Assembly (NCBI GenBank): GCA_030704615.1
Contig: CM060733.1
Location: 16,554,001 to 16,618,000, forward strand
Source of the DNA: Takakia lepidozioides
Lineage: Eukaryota > Plantae > Bryophyta
Length of the DNA: 64,000 nucleotides
Direction of reading: 5' to 3'
Shown here: one piece after another, positions 24,709 to 37,397 of the stretch
Layout: each line of letters begins with the position of its first letter
How positions within the stretch are numbered: the first letter of the stretch is position 1
The notes under the pieces: generated by a model
What the model was told of the DNA's origin: nothing
Seen by the model: the letters and a program-made list of their open reading frames with translations, nothing else
Database searches by the model: none
Position numbers and translations under genes: made by a program

Positions 24709-25227
24709 ATCAGGATTAGATCTTGCTTGGGCGGGCTTCTATTCTTCCCCTCCATCTCTGTACTATTTTCATTACCTTGTACTCGTAGTTGCCAAAGTCT
24801 CTCTTGGTGGAGGCCAGTCAGTCCGGGGTTTTGGGCTGGGATATTCTGCAGGATCAGCATTGCAACTGGATTTTGGTGTGGGGGTGTTGATATTTTGATT
24901 TCTTGTGTTTGGATCCCCCCCAACACCTGCATGCTTGACTGTGCGCTGTGTTGGTTTTGTGTGGGCGCTTGCTTTCATAGGGATTAGGCCGGATTTGATC
25001 ACCGGTCAATCCTAGAGTATGCTGTCGGTGGTGAGGCTGGAGTGATGACCAGCAAGACCACCAGTGTTTCTTCTATGGTGAGGCTGGGTTGATGACCAGC
25101 CAACCATAGGAGTTCTTGCGGTGGATGCAGGTGCAGGTGCCCTGAGCCATTGGGATATGACCCTTAGACTGCAACAGGTGCCCACCCGTGTCACTATTAG
25201 ATTAGTACTAGAGTCTTATAGTGTCAC

Positions 25228-25998
25228 GTGGAGGAGGTGCACATTGTGAGTGTCATTACGGAGTTACCCAAGGGTTTTGAGGGGAGTACGGCTACAGGCA
25301 GTAACAGTGAGAGTGGGTTCACAAGACGAGGTATTCGGTTCAGACCACCTTCACCGCCACCCTCAACTATTGTAGAGTCAGACACAGACTCGGAGGCTTC
25401 ATCAACAGGTGTGCAGTTTCATTCGTCATTGTTGTGGGACGACATGGAGGAGATGTATGGAGCTACCAAGGGGCCTCGTAGGTACTCTGGAGTTGTGGGC
25501 ACAATTGAGTTGGATGACTTTATCCAGGAGTTCGACAGCTGGTGTGATTTGCAGCAGATGCGCAATCCACAGCTATTCACCCCATTCATGGCGTGGAAGG
25601 GACTGTTCCAGCATTTGGAAGGCCCGCCTATGGACGATTACCACGAGTTCAGGCGAGGACATGAAGCAGAGATTGAGGAGTGGAGGATGTATTGGTCACC
25701 TGACTACGTCTCCATTACTCGAGGCATGATGCGACCAGTAGCTGCATCAGTACCAATATCTCCCACTGCCAGCACTAGTAGTGGAACAAGTAGTGCCGGT
25801 ACTTCTGCAGGTGGTACCAGTTCAAAAGGTGCTACTACTCCTCCTGCCACGACTACAACACATGTGCCTAGATTCAACCCGGTGGTGGAGTTCTTCCAGG
25901 AGTTGCGGAGGAACTACCAAGGTGTACGGACAGAGAAGCTGCGAAGTTTGCAAGACTTCCAGCGCAAACCCAATGAAACCTGCGAGAGGCGTAACTAA
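25228..25998 (+). CDS. gag: Retrotransposon Gag (truncated)
   Basis: RYSG..ELDDFIQEFDSWC..LFQHLEGPPMDDY..FFQELRRNYQG..KLRSLQDFQRKPNET resembles the retrotransposon gag capsid region; cut by the LINE at about 25990. Confidence 0.65.
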   Translation: MEEVHIVSVITELPKGFEGSTATGSNSESGFTRRGIRFRPPSPPPSTIVESDTDSEASSTGVQFHSSLLWDDMEEMYGATKGPRRYSGVVGTIELDDFIQEFDSWCDLQQMRNPQLFTPFMAWKGLFQHLEGPPMDDYHEFRRGHEAEIEEWRMYWSPDYVSITRGMMRPVAASVPISPTASTSSGTSSAGTSAGGTSSKGATTPPATTTTHVPRFNPVVEFFQELRRNYQGVRTEKLRSLQDFQRKPNETCERRN

Positions 25999-25999
25999 C

Positions 26000-28900
26000 C
26001 ATCGAAATTGCAAAATTCTACACCTCATCTGCCAGGAATTTAAGGAATGGTCGCCAATGCCGGAGCTGCTATATTTACGACCTCGAACACCTTCAACCTC
26101 AACCAATTATTCTCCACGCTCAGACTATGCACCACATAGGGTGCAAACACAATATATATATGACATCGGCTCCCATGTATACTCATTCTACTCTGCAGCT
26201 TACCAACTCCCCTCCTCTCGTTGCTCCCACTTAGGCTTTTGGCATCTCCTGCAACCCAGCTCAAGTAGTAGCCCCGGTTCTTTTTCCTCCTACCAGCTCC
26301 CTTCCTCTTGTTTCCCCCACATAGGCATTTGTCATTTCTTGCAACCAAGCCCACGGTGTAGTAGTCTCCGTGTTTCTTTCCCCATCTCTTCTCTGTCATC
26401 ACCTTTCACAAACTGCATGTCTATGTGCGCTACCACTACTACTCCCCGCTCACGACCCAAAACCAAAGCAACTCGTTCAAATTCACCGCACGGTAGTCTG
26501 TTTAGCTCTCTCAGTCATCGCAAAAAATCTAAGTTTGCTACGCTCGCAAGAGGATACCTTGGCTGCGCTGAACCAACTATTTGGACAAGGAAATATAACG
26601 CAAACATACTTTTGCAATGTTCCTATCACTGAGAAGACTCGTCATGCATACATGATCCAGATTACCTGCAAGAATCCTACCATCTATACAAGGTGGTGCA
26701 ACAAGACACATATCAAGATGCAAGACAGGTTCATCGATTTCTCCCCGCACACCCATAGTCTGAACGGCACTGTCGCGGTCCCACTTGCGATCTTGGAAAA
26801 ATTGCGCGTTGCCAACATCAACCAAGCCTTACTCGACACAGTTGAGTCTATCAACATCAGCCCGCAAGCCAAGCAAACTACGGGACACAATGACATGATG
26901 AAAGAAATTGACCAAAAATTGGATGCCCACTCTATCTCGCTCAAGTCTGAGATCCGAAATGACCTCGCCTCACTGGAGACCAGAGTCACGGGCACCATTG
27001 CCAAAGTTCAGCAGGTTGAATACCACAAGTACGTGGTTGCGCTACACCAATCTATCACGGATCACCTTGCCACAAATCTCAGTACCTTCTTCTCTCATGC
27101 CAATCTTGTGCTTGAAAAACTGCCACAGTTTCATGGCAGTGTACCTCTCACAACCACCGAAGCAGTAGGTATACAGACTATTGCGACTTGCTCGAATGGT
27201 TTTACCCCACCTGCCGGTGTCTTCCGCAGCACTAGACCGAAGCTCATCGTAGGTGGCCCTACTATTGTGCAGTCTGTGCCGGACAACACTCACACTACCC
27301 TGGCCCCCGAACATGTGGCGGACACTCCTACTACCGTTCCTGTGGCAACTGTGCCGGCTGCCAAACATCAGATTGAGAACTTCCCAGGTTCCCATGAGTA
27401 AGACCACAGGCAGATCCGCCGCAATCTCGCCCACCTCACCTAGTCACACTGCTGATTTTTATGCTGTATTCCTAGGTAGTTTATGTTTGCTTTTTTATGT
27501 TTCGAGCTATGCTCATGCTTGTACCTCACCAGGTCTGACCTGGCCTCTTCAATATAACTCTTATCACTTGTCTACCAATACTGATCACCAACATACCATT
27601 CAACTATGCCTTCCAACAGACATCAACACTCCATGGGCTATCTCCAACTTCACCATCGTACGTACTACCAGAGGCACTGATGCTCAGCCCTATAATCCAA
27701 CTATCAAAATGACTGCAAAGCACACATATTGCATACCCACCCTTCGTCCTACGCACTGGTTGCGCCTCTGGACCTGCTTAGCCGCTCAGCTGCGCATAGA
27801 CTCATACTTCTGTAAATTTAATTGTACGTGCGAGAAACATACCAGTAGGGCCTCTTGCCACATCAAGTTCAACCCAGCCCTATTAAATACACACACCCAC
27901 CCACACGGCAAAGCCACCCCCTCACCTGGCACTCTATATAGGCCACACCACTTATTCTGATATGTGGATGAAATCCATACGTTTTGCACACCAGTATCCA
28001 TCCTCTTTCCGTCACACCTCAAAAAACATCATCTCGCAGCACCAACATCGACACCAATCCAAAGACCCGCAAAATTACCATATTGGTTCGAGCCCAAGAA
28101 AATACAAACCCCGCCCCACTTTTAATAAAATATCCTCACCTACTCACAAATGCCACCATACTTGTTTCACCCGCGCCTCTCACTTAATCCCAATTAACCC
28201 CCCGTATTGCATTTATACTGAACACTTCTATGCTTATGTGACAATCCGGCATTATAGACAACTATGTTATAACCTAAATTGTACGTTATTTACACATTTT
28301 AGACAACTCTATTATCCCACCACCGCATTAACATATTTTGTTCCCCCTTCCTTCCTTGATACAATAATACAACATAACACTCATCTTTTCCACGTATATA
28401 CTGCTCATATGCACACCACTCATCTTGAATATACAAGTAAGGTACTCAGCCACACCACCCAGCTGCAATATTATTCAAACATGTTGCTTGGACATACTTT
28501 ACGACTACAGTATTTAAACAGAGCTTCTAACCCCACCACCCTTGCACGCCACCCTGCTAATTTTAAACATTACTCTGCATATAGGACAGCCCTGTGTTAT
28601 CAACGACTTTATTATAATTATTGTCATATCACACATCCTAAACTACTTTACTATCCCCCCATAGTACTTAGACATGTTGTTCTTCTCTATTCCCTTGATA
28701 TAATAACTCAACGTAACACTTACTTATATTTTGTACATATACATACCATCCATCTACAATATATAAATAAATTAGCATGTCCTAAAATATCCTTGCACCA
28801 CGCTACCCCAAATTTACACTATTATAATTTACCACATACACCACTAATCCATTCACCTAAATATCATATATGCGTATCTACTCACATTACTCATACCTCG

Positions 28901-30650
28901 GACGTACTACTTTCGAAAAAACTCCACAAATTTGCCCATACTTTGATGCTAACCTCCCACAAACTTTACAATGCTCACATCTTGATATTACTTACAAACA
29001 AATCTTACAAATCTCACAAATTTGACTTACGTACAGAGGAATATGCCACTCTCTCCCAACAATTCCCATACATCCATAAACCTCTAATCTTATTTTCAGT
29101 TCCCAAAACTTTAATTTACGACTTTTATTATATCCCCCCTCCACACTCATCAGTAACCAGTTCTACTATTACCCGTATAACTACCTTTAACTATATGCCC
29201 CAACAACACAACCTCATTCTTTATCCCCCTAAAATAGTCATCTATAGACCCCTCAAAACGTTTCTTATGACCCATTGCCCGCACGGCCGTTACCATCAAC
29301 ACCCTCCCGCATCCAAACATTCCCTCCACCACCCCCCGTCACACCATAAACTATATGAACTTGCTTGCGCAACACTTATACTCTTGCGATGTGGTGACAT
29401 TCATCCAAACTCGGGTCCTACCACTATTAACGCTATCATTGGCGAATTACCCGTTGATCCCCAAAAAAGATACGCATTATATTTCCAAAAGAATACCGTG
29501 TCACTTACACCTTATCGCCATCTCTATGACCACTTCTCTCCTTTTCTTCTCAACCCATCAACCACTAACCACGCACCCACACACCCAATTACCACCTTTG
29601 GCCTCCCCATCTGTCAATACCCAGCTACCAACAACATGTAACAAATACTTTGAGTCCCATACAGATTCTCATGTCCGCTCACTCCTACATAAACTACAAA
29701 AACTATCCTCGCAACCTCACAACTACCTGGCCCCTCCATATTATCTAGCTGACCTGCACGCATCGCTTCACCTCCTACAGTCCAACCCTGGGGAAGTTCA
29801 CAAAATGCTAGGTGATTATCTAGCAAACCCAAATACATCCGCATAAGATTGCCACACTATCACTAACAAAATCCCATTTCTATAAAAAAAACATCCTCTC
29901 TGCCACTCTCCAAGCTTGTTCCCCCATCCCAGGATACCAACCCCCACCTCCGTCACCCCCATCCCCACCCCCCACCACTCACGCCCACTTACACCAACAT
30001 CCCTCCATCATCCGTCTCGCCCAATCATTCCCACACCACCTCCTCCCAACACGCTAACTCACTCACCATCACCTCTTGGAATGTCGGTTCGATGGCCACT
30101 AGTATCCAAAGTTTAATTCATCTTCTCACAGACTCTACGCCTCCGCACATCATCATTTTGCAAGAAACCAAGCTCAATATACATAATCCCAATAGTTCCT
30201 ACATAAACAAACTCCTTCCAACCTACTATCTATTGTATGGGAACCCTCTCTCTGCTACACAGTGCCTCACATGACGCTCCGCTCCATACCACCCCACCCG
30301 TGGTGGAGTCGCACTAGGCATCGTCCGCACACATCATTCCCTTAGCACCACTACCAAACTAATTGTTCCTATCCCCCTTCGGTCTCATCTTCAAATCATC
30401 CAACTACATCTGCCCGCGCTTCACCCCATCACCCTTATACACTTATACATGTCGTCACACGCTGATGACCTCACATTGATCCCCGATATCTTACGCACAA
30501 TCTCCGACACAATCACCCAATCTGAGCACCAACATCACCACTACATGTTAGCAGGCGACTTTAACAGAGACATTGCCCTACTCGGCCACACATACAATGG
30601 CGTGCACAAACCCTCATCCCTATTAGATCGCGAATGGGCACAGTTTACAG
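26000..30650 (+). mobile_element. 5' part of non-LTR retrotransposon: ORF1-like, long H/Y/T-rich ORF with 2A-like motif, AP endonuclease (truncated)
   Basis: ORF 26370-27401; ORF 27962-29641 containing LLRCGDIHPNSGP; APE motifs ITSWNV, IIILQETKL, GGVA, LYM, LAGDFN at 30060-30600. Same G-poor sense-strand bias as the 19241-21867 element. Confidence 0.75.
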
Positions 30651-31068
30651 AACCAAAACTCCTTCAGTGTGGCCTCCACAAACTTTGCGCACACAAATCT
30701 CCCTGTGAAGCAAGGGTCAGGCACACCGCCCTGCGGGCTCCTCCGAATCATCTCATTGCATCTCTGGTTGGTGTCGACACGAACAACACAACATTTGCCA
30801 CGAAATGACGGATGGGTCCGTGCAATTCTCCATTGCGAGGCCGACACATCTCGCTCCACGATTGGAATGTTGTATTGGGTAAGGATAATAGGAGCAGCAT
30901 GCTCATCCTCGGCATGTTGACCCGAGTATGCTGCAGGAGAGGGGGTACGAGTGCTACTCTCTAAGGCAACCCTGTATTTTTTGGCTTCTTTATTTGTCTC
31001 CAACAGGGTTGAGTTCTCCATAGAAAAGAAAACAACTGCATGGGATCAACAAAAAGTAACATATATAC

Positions 31069-31413
31069 CAAGCGTATGAGGCGGTCCGCATAGAATACAA
31101 AGTCATGCTTCGTTGTCTCCCGATCACGAATGAGAGTATGCATGCCTGGAATCTGCCAGAAGGGCAAAGAGACAAAAGTGAAAACCATTTGATAGAACAT
31201 GTATGCACTCACAATGTCAGGCTACACCAGACAGGGAAAACTAAGTAAGACACTATCAGCCATAGCTCACAATATAGGCCAGTATGACCAAACCTGAAAT
31301 GTAGATTGAATCATATAAACATTCGGATAAATTTTGCGAAGATCGTGTTGGCCGAGCTTAGTGCGGATATGTTGCACTATCAGATCATTTGCCACATGAT
31401 TGTCTCCTCCACG
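31069..31413 (-). pseudogene. UKL: Uridine kinase/UPRT-like (UKL) gene fragment, two exons with intron retained
   Basis: 31413-31294 reads RGGDNHVANDLIVQHIRTKLGQHDLRKIYPNVYMIQSTFQ; GT-AG intron; 31152-31069 reads IPGMHTLIRDRETTKHDFVFYADRLIRL. No flanking exons. Confidence 0.88.
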
Positions 31414-31629
31414 TGTAATCCATTTTCTCTGCAAACAGCTTCATCAAGCACCAACTCCATACTGCAAGAACTTGGGTCATTTACATGGAGGAGACGAACC
31501 ACCATAGCATCAACTTGCGAGAGATTAACAAGCAGCAGGACCAAAGGCCTATTGCTGCCCTAGCCAGGCCACCCTAAATTTCCATGGCAGCTTCATCGTT
31601 GGCGAGAGACGGAGAAATTTGACTGCCAA

Positions 31630-31700
31630 TAATGTGCATGGCATATCTGTGCGCACGCTCCATATTGTCAAACACTTGACGGGCATCCTTTACGCTCTCA
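31630..31700 (-). pseudogene. PPR motif fragment
   Basis: SVKDARQVFDNME..YAMH. Confidence 0.55.
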
Positions 31701-32280
31701 GATGGGGCACAACAGGAGGGACAAACTCTTCAGTTCTCTCATTTGCAGACATGTCTCTCGGGAAGCAAGTCGAAGCACACAGAGAAAACACAAAGCACTG
31801 TGTGAAAATTTGTTTTACACAATTTCGGAGACAGAGAGTGAGGGGACGAAGAGCTGGGGATAGGTGGTCAATCACATGGATGACGACAATCATCCACTAA
31901 ATGACGCCCATTCGTTTTGGAGGTACATTCAATGTTGTTTCAAATTTTAAATTTGAATGTTCACGGTCTCCAATATGTGTGTCTATGCTCTAGGACTGGT
32001 TCAAATTTCAAATGTCAATGTTCACCGTCTCCAATATGTCCGTATGAGGAGGCATGTGCACATATATAGAACTATATGATGGCAAAGTCATGATGTCATG
32101 GATGTATTTCTTGCATTCATGGGGCATGCATGATGGATGCGTGCAATACAGTAACACTGAGTTCAATGTGTGACAGTAGTTTCGCGAGCAATGGATCCGC
32201 GGGGGCGGCGGGTGGAGCGGGAGGGGGTCCCCGCTGAGGCAGCATTGAACTCCGGAGCCTCTTTTATCACTTGCGGTAAG

Positions 32281-32628
32281 ACTTTAGTGAGGCGTTTAGC
32301 TATTTGAACCACTTTTTGTACTTGCGCATCCCAGTTGCAGCTGGAGGAAAATTCAACGCCAAGATATGTGTATGACTGGAGCACAGGGATCTCTTGACTC
32401 CCCCAAGTCCTTATGAGATCTCCATCTCCCCTTCCTCCCCAGATCATTGAAAGTCACTTTGCGCATTGAGTAACATTCGCTTTTAGCCACCACATGTCAA
32501 AGTACCTTTTTGCACAATCAATCAACTCCTGAGGATTGGATGGGGCTGTGAAGTCATCCGCAAATACTTATAAGGGCTGGAATGGTGGTATTCACCCACC
32601 TTCAACCCAAACCCCTCACTTTCCACAT
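32281..32628 (-). mobile_element. RT fragment of RTE/RTEX-like LINE
   Basis: FADDF and YTYLGVEF motifs; near-identical to 50711-50816 and 50931-51151. Confidence 0.8.
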
Positions 32629-33199
32629 CATTTTTTTTTAATTTTTTTTCCCCACATCCTCAAGTATTCGATTAATGAAAACACCACTTTACAACTGTAA
32701 AATTGATTATAGATGTCGTCATTAACACTTAAGCGCCCAGTGCCATAGTTTGATTTTTTCAAAAAATAAGACAACTATAGTGAAAAAATGGTGTAACTTG
32801 TTCTTGACTCAAACATAAATTCTATGTTGGTTAAAGAAGTTCAAGCTATTAAAGTTATCCGTAAAGTGCCAAAAACTAGGGGCGAGTATCCCAAGTTTGG
32901 CCAAAAGTGGGGGACAAGTTAACAAACTAGGGACCAAACTCATGTACAAGAGCGAGGTGCAAGCAGCAAGCTGCGAGATCATGTCAAGGAGTAGGACTTC
33001 TGCCCAAGTTGACAAACTCGTGCCCAATTTTGCTAACTTTACGTTTGCACTCAAACTGGGGATGCAACACGAGTTAGAGGTCCAAACTGGGCATGACTTT
33101 AAGGATAACTTTATTGTTATACATTATTATCAACAACCTTGCCCATTAGCTCATGCATTATATGCTAACAAAGATTCTGTATATATGATAAGTTAATCT

Positions 33200-33253
33200 T
33201 CTTCCATTTTTAGGTGAAGTGGCTCTTAGTTACGCCGGTGTAGGCCGGAGTCT

Positions 33254-33286
<33 letters not shown>

Positions 33287-33287
33287 T
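33200..33287 (+). mobile_element. 64-bp micro-insertion of the Dualen-like 3' end with 12-bp TSD
   Basis: TCTTCCATTTTT at 33200-33211 and 33276-33287. Insert AGGTGAAGTGGCTCTTAGTTACGCCGG..GCCGGAGTCT(TC)n matches the reverse complement of 19243-19292. Confidence 0.85.
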
Positions 33288-35049
33288 TATAAGAGATAGA
33301 GATAGGTTATCTATTACCTGCATGAATTTCCTGATTTTGGAAAACTATCATCTAGATTTTCTTTTTGGTTTATAGCTCATGGTAGAAAAATCCTATTGTT
33401 AGTTTCAAGGTGTGCAAGCATTTTGAGCTCTCATCTCAGTTTCTAGGACTCATCATCACTGCACTGATGACACATATGTATTGTCGATTATAGCTTCAAA
33501 AATCTATATACAAGATCGTAAATACAAAAATTACAATGACATGAGAATTTTGCAGCCTTCTCATTTGTCTCTATCCAAAACTGGGAGTAGCGCTAGTACT
33601 CATAATAAACAAAGAATGGCGAGTCTTCTTCACAACTTCACAATGGTGAGAGAAGAGGTTTGATAAGGTGAGGATTTGTTCATTATAAAAATAAAATAAT
33701 TTGTCATCATGGAGTTTTTGTTGTCTAAGATTGGCATGTTGATGTTTCCTCAATTGGATCATGTCTTTAGATTTGAATTTTTCATGAGTTCATTGGGAAA
33801 AAGAAGCATTAGGGATATCATACTCGTGCCCAATAAGATTTTCAATGTTGTTCCTTGTTATGTGAAACATGTCTAAATTTTGGAAGTCATAGTTTGTTTA
33901 TTCAAGGCCAGTGTACTGAAGTTGTGGTTGCACACCTACCCACTTGCTGTTTTAAGAGAAAGTCCAAGGTTGCCATTAGATATAGAGGTGAACAACGAAT
34001 TCATATTTTTTTTGGATTGAGAATTTTTTGAACCCTCATTTGGTGAAAGTGAAGTTAGTTGCTATGATGTATGGTAAAGTACAAACACCATCTAGAGTAT
34101 GCTCATATGTGGGCAATGGATGGACGTGAGTATCACTCACAATGAATCTGGTTTAAAAGTAGCCTTAATGGTCATGAATAATAAACTCATTTTGTATGTC
34201 TGGACCATCTGTGACTTTTGGTATGTTTGTACAATCTTGTTATTAAGGCAGAGTATAGATGAGCCTAACTAGGCTATCTTAGCACTCCTAAATTAATTTA
34301 GAGGCAATCGGAAGCTATCAATTAAGTCCTTATTTTGGCATTCTTCTTAGTTATAGGTCAGGCAATGAGCAAAGAACTTCTCTAGTTGGTATTCTTCTCA
34401 AATCGTTCTTCGCGCGCTGGTTTCTGGTCGCGCCGGCTTCCTATGTGTCCGTTTGGTTTATCCACGATTCTTTTTAGCTTCTTATGAGTTTTTTTGGGCA
34501 CCAAAACGGTGTTTATGACACCTTGATCAGGCTCAGCTTCATCCTAAACCCTTCTCGTTCATTCATCATCATTTTGCATGCCGCCGCCTTGTCCTCTTAA
34601 CTCTCCTTCCCCCGCTCTCAGCTGCCGGCTGAAATTAATGAAGAGTTAAATCTGTCCCGTCACCTCACACCCAAATCGGCCCTAAGGTTTGAGCTCGTGT
34701 CAAGTGAATCGTGTCAAGTGAATCGACTGTCTCGCTCTTTCTTACCCCTCCAGTGTTCCCTGCGTATTTTGCCTCCTTGATCCTCCAGCGAATTCACTCT
34801 GAACCGCTGCTGATCTTCTGTCGATCTACCTTCTTCCTCCACACGGCACACCATCGATCTCTTCTCTATGAGCTAGCATCCACCATGGGTCCTAGCAATC
34901 TTGTTCACCATCGCTCCAAATCCTCTAGCTGGCCCCGTCGACACCACGGAGCGCACAGATCAGTGTTCGCAGGTGGGTCCTAGCCTTGCGCTAGCGCCGG
35001 ATTCTTCTGGCCCACCAGGCCAGATCCTCACCTGAAGCTGGGAGGCAGG

Positions 35050-37250
35050 TCTACAGGCCAAAGCAGCTCCCCTCTTGCCTGCCAGTCCCCAATTCTCGTC
35101 GTGACACGCCCGAGGGGAGGTGCCCCCCCCCCCCCCCCCCCCGATTCCTCCGATCCCGGCGATGCATGATAGCTCTACTGATCCTGAAGATGAAGACTTC
35201 TTCCCTCACCCCTTGGAAGAACAAGAAGCGATGAACGGGGATTTTCCGATTATCAAGATGGACGTTCAAGATCTTCATAACAGGGTCTCAGGTATGGAAG
35301 AGTCGGGTGTTCTGCTTCATTTTCCTGGGAGGAAGGTCACGAGATCTTACGTGAGGGATTGTGCAATCCGATACTTAGGTGGGCAGGGGGAGCTCTTGCA
35401 CCACTTCTGCATCGCAAAGGGGAGGGATTTTTTCTCGATTATGTTTGAGTCTTGTCAAGCGGCGGCCCATGCTTTGCAATTCAACCCGCACATGAAGGGA
35501 TTCAACATAAATATTTTTCCTTGGTCCTCAAAGCTAGGGAACTGAAACGACAAATTGTGGGGTCCTAGAATTGTCTCTCTCCCCTTCATCCCTGATCAGT
35601 ACCTGGTCAACTTACCTGACATAGCGAACCACTTCGGATCTTACCTCGGCTGCTTGGGAGTATTTGACCCTCTCATTCAAACACTAACACCCTCAGGAAG
35701 GACCCAGCTTGGAAATCAGTCACAATTGCCACCAAGATGAATGAAAATGGTTGTCCCAAAATGGTTTTGATGATGCCCTATGAAGCAGTGCTTCCAGACT
35801 ATGTGCGTTTGCCAATTGACACGGAGGGGAATTATTACACAATCCGGATGATCGAGGATGCCTCTTATTCAGTTTGTTTCAATTGTGGACAACATGGGCA
35901 CATCAAGATCAACTGTCCCCTAAGCAAAAGGAAGAGATCTCCTAGCATTATTCATCCCCCTCCGGCTGCCTCTTTTGCTCAGATCTTGCCAGTTCCAGTA
36001 TCTTCTGCCCCACCTCCCCCCCCCCCCCCCCCCCTATTCCTCCCTTTCCCTCCCTCTCTCTTCTACCCCTCCTCCTCCGTTTTCAGATCTTCTGCAGTTC
36101 AGCCCTATCCATGTAGCAAAAAAACAAAAAGACCCCTCTGACCCAATGCATCTTGAAGCAAACTTTCTCGTATCTACCCCCACTAGCCCTATGAAACATC
36201 CCTTAGTTGGTAGTGCTCCAGATACTTCTGGGCAGGCCTGCCCCCCTTCCTTTGCTATCAATGAGCCCGTCCAAGGTCCCCCTAAGCAACTTCTGGCTTC
36301 AGCCATTGCTGGCAGCCCAGTAGTGGCCATTGTTTGCAAATCCATAAAAACCTTCCCGGATCTTGTCTTGCCAGGCTGCTCGCGGTTGACTGGTAACGCC
36401 GCCCCTAGAGCCTCTTGTGTCACTCCTATAGTCTTCAAGAAAGCCACCCCCTTCTATCTTGATTACTTCAGATGACAGACATGACCTAGAATCCCTCTGG
36501 ATCACCAATCAAGATGTCATGAACTTTACAGCCAGATGTCCTCCCAATAGCAGTCCCCAATGCATGCTTATGACAAAAATTCAGGAATTCTTTTCCAATC
36601 ACATGCCCTGCTATCTCATTGCCCCCTCTTCTGTCATAACCTGGGGGGCATATATCGAAAGATCACCCGCACTTAAACTGCAAGCCAAATACCCACGTTT
36701 TGGCTCTAATGGAAGACGCCGACATCTATCACACCCCTCTTGGCAAAGCATGGTGGATTAGGGAGGAGAGCTTGTCAAAGCCTTGGGGTTCTCAGCCTTC
36801 TCAAGTCAGGGCAAAGGATGCCCTTACCAATGCATTTGCTCTTCTTTCCAGACTGATACACAAGCACATTGACGATGAGAACCACCAAGATGATCTGCAA
36901 AGAACGAGAGACCATCTCAGGGGGATAAGGCCTTCTCCCTCGGCATCCTCTTCCTCAAGTGGCTCCACTAGAGTGCAGGCCCCTGCGGCTCAAGGTAGAA
37001 TGGACGTTCTCGGGGTGGATCAAGTCCGTGCAAAGGAGCCTGCAGATAAGACTGCAACCAACCCCCCCGGCTTGGTCAATCTTCTGCCCTCTCTTCAGGA
37101 GGTGGAAGCTGCAATCAGCTCTTTCACCATCCCTGCTACTGCCCCAACTTCCCCAACACCCGCTTCCTTGGAGGTAAGCTCGCCCAAGAATCGGGTTCTT
37201 TCAAAAACCCTCCCTTGCTTTCTATTCCAGCTACCCCAGGGATTCTAAAA
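35050..37250 (+). mobile_element. Degenerate L1/Tx1-type LINE ORF1 (DUF4283-like region, zinc knuckle, Pro-rich tail); no ORF2
   Basis: Broken frames 35120-35545, 35555-35740, 35737-36141 with FFSIMFES..FPW and CFNCGQHGHIKINC (CX2CX4HX4C). Confidence 0.65.
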
Positions 37251-37397
37251 GATGTTGGGTTCTTTGTCTCCGTGACTCTGGCTCTTCCAAAAAATCGGCT
37301 AGGAAAACAATCCCGTCCATTCGGCTACCATCGCATTCAAACCTCAGTGACTTGCCACAGCTCTCAAATAGTCTTGGCACCTATACAGATATTTTAA

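Larger units (their letters stand above)
21868..25995 (+). mobile_element. LTR-retrotransposon remnant (probable Ty3/gypsy): LTR-like start, captured fragments, extra ORF, truncated gag
   Basis: Begins TGTCAAG with a hairpin cluster; ORF at 23959-24708; gag-like ORF at 25228-25998. No pol or 3' LTR. Treating the whole span as one element is inference. Confidence 0.5.
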
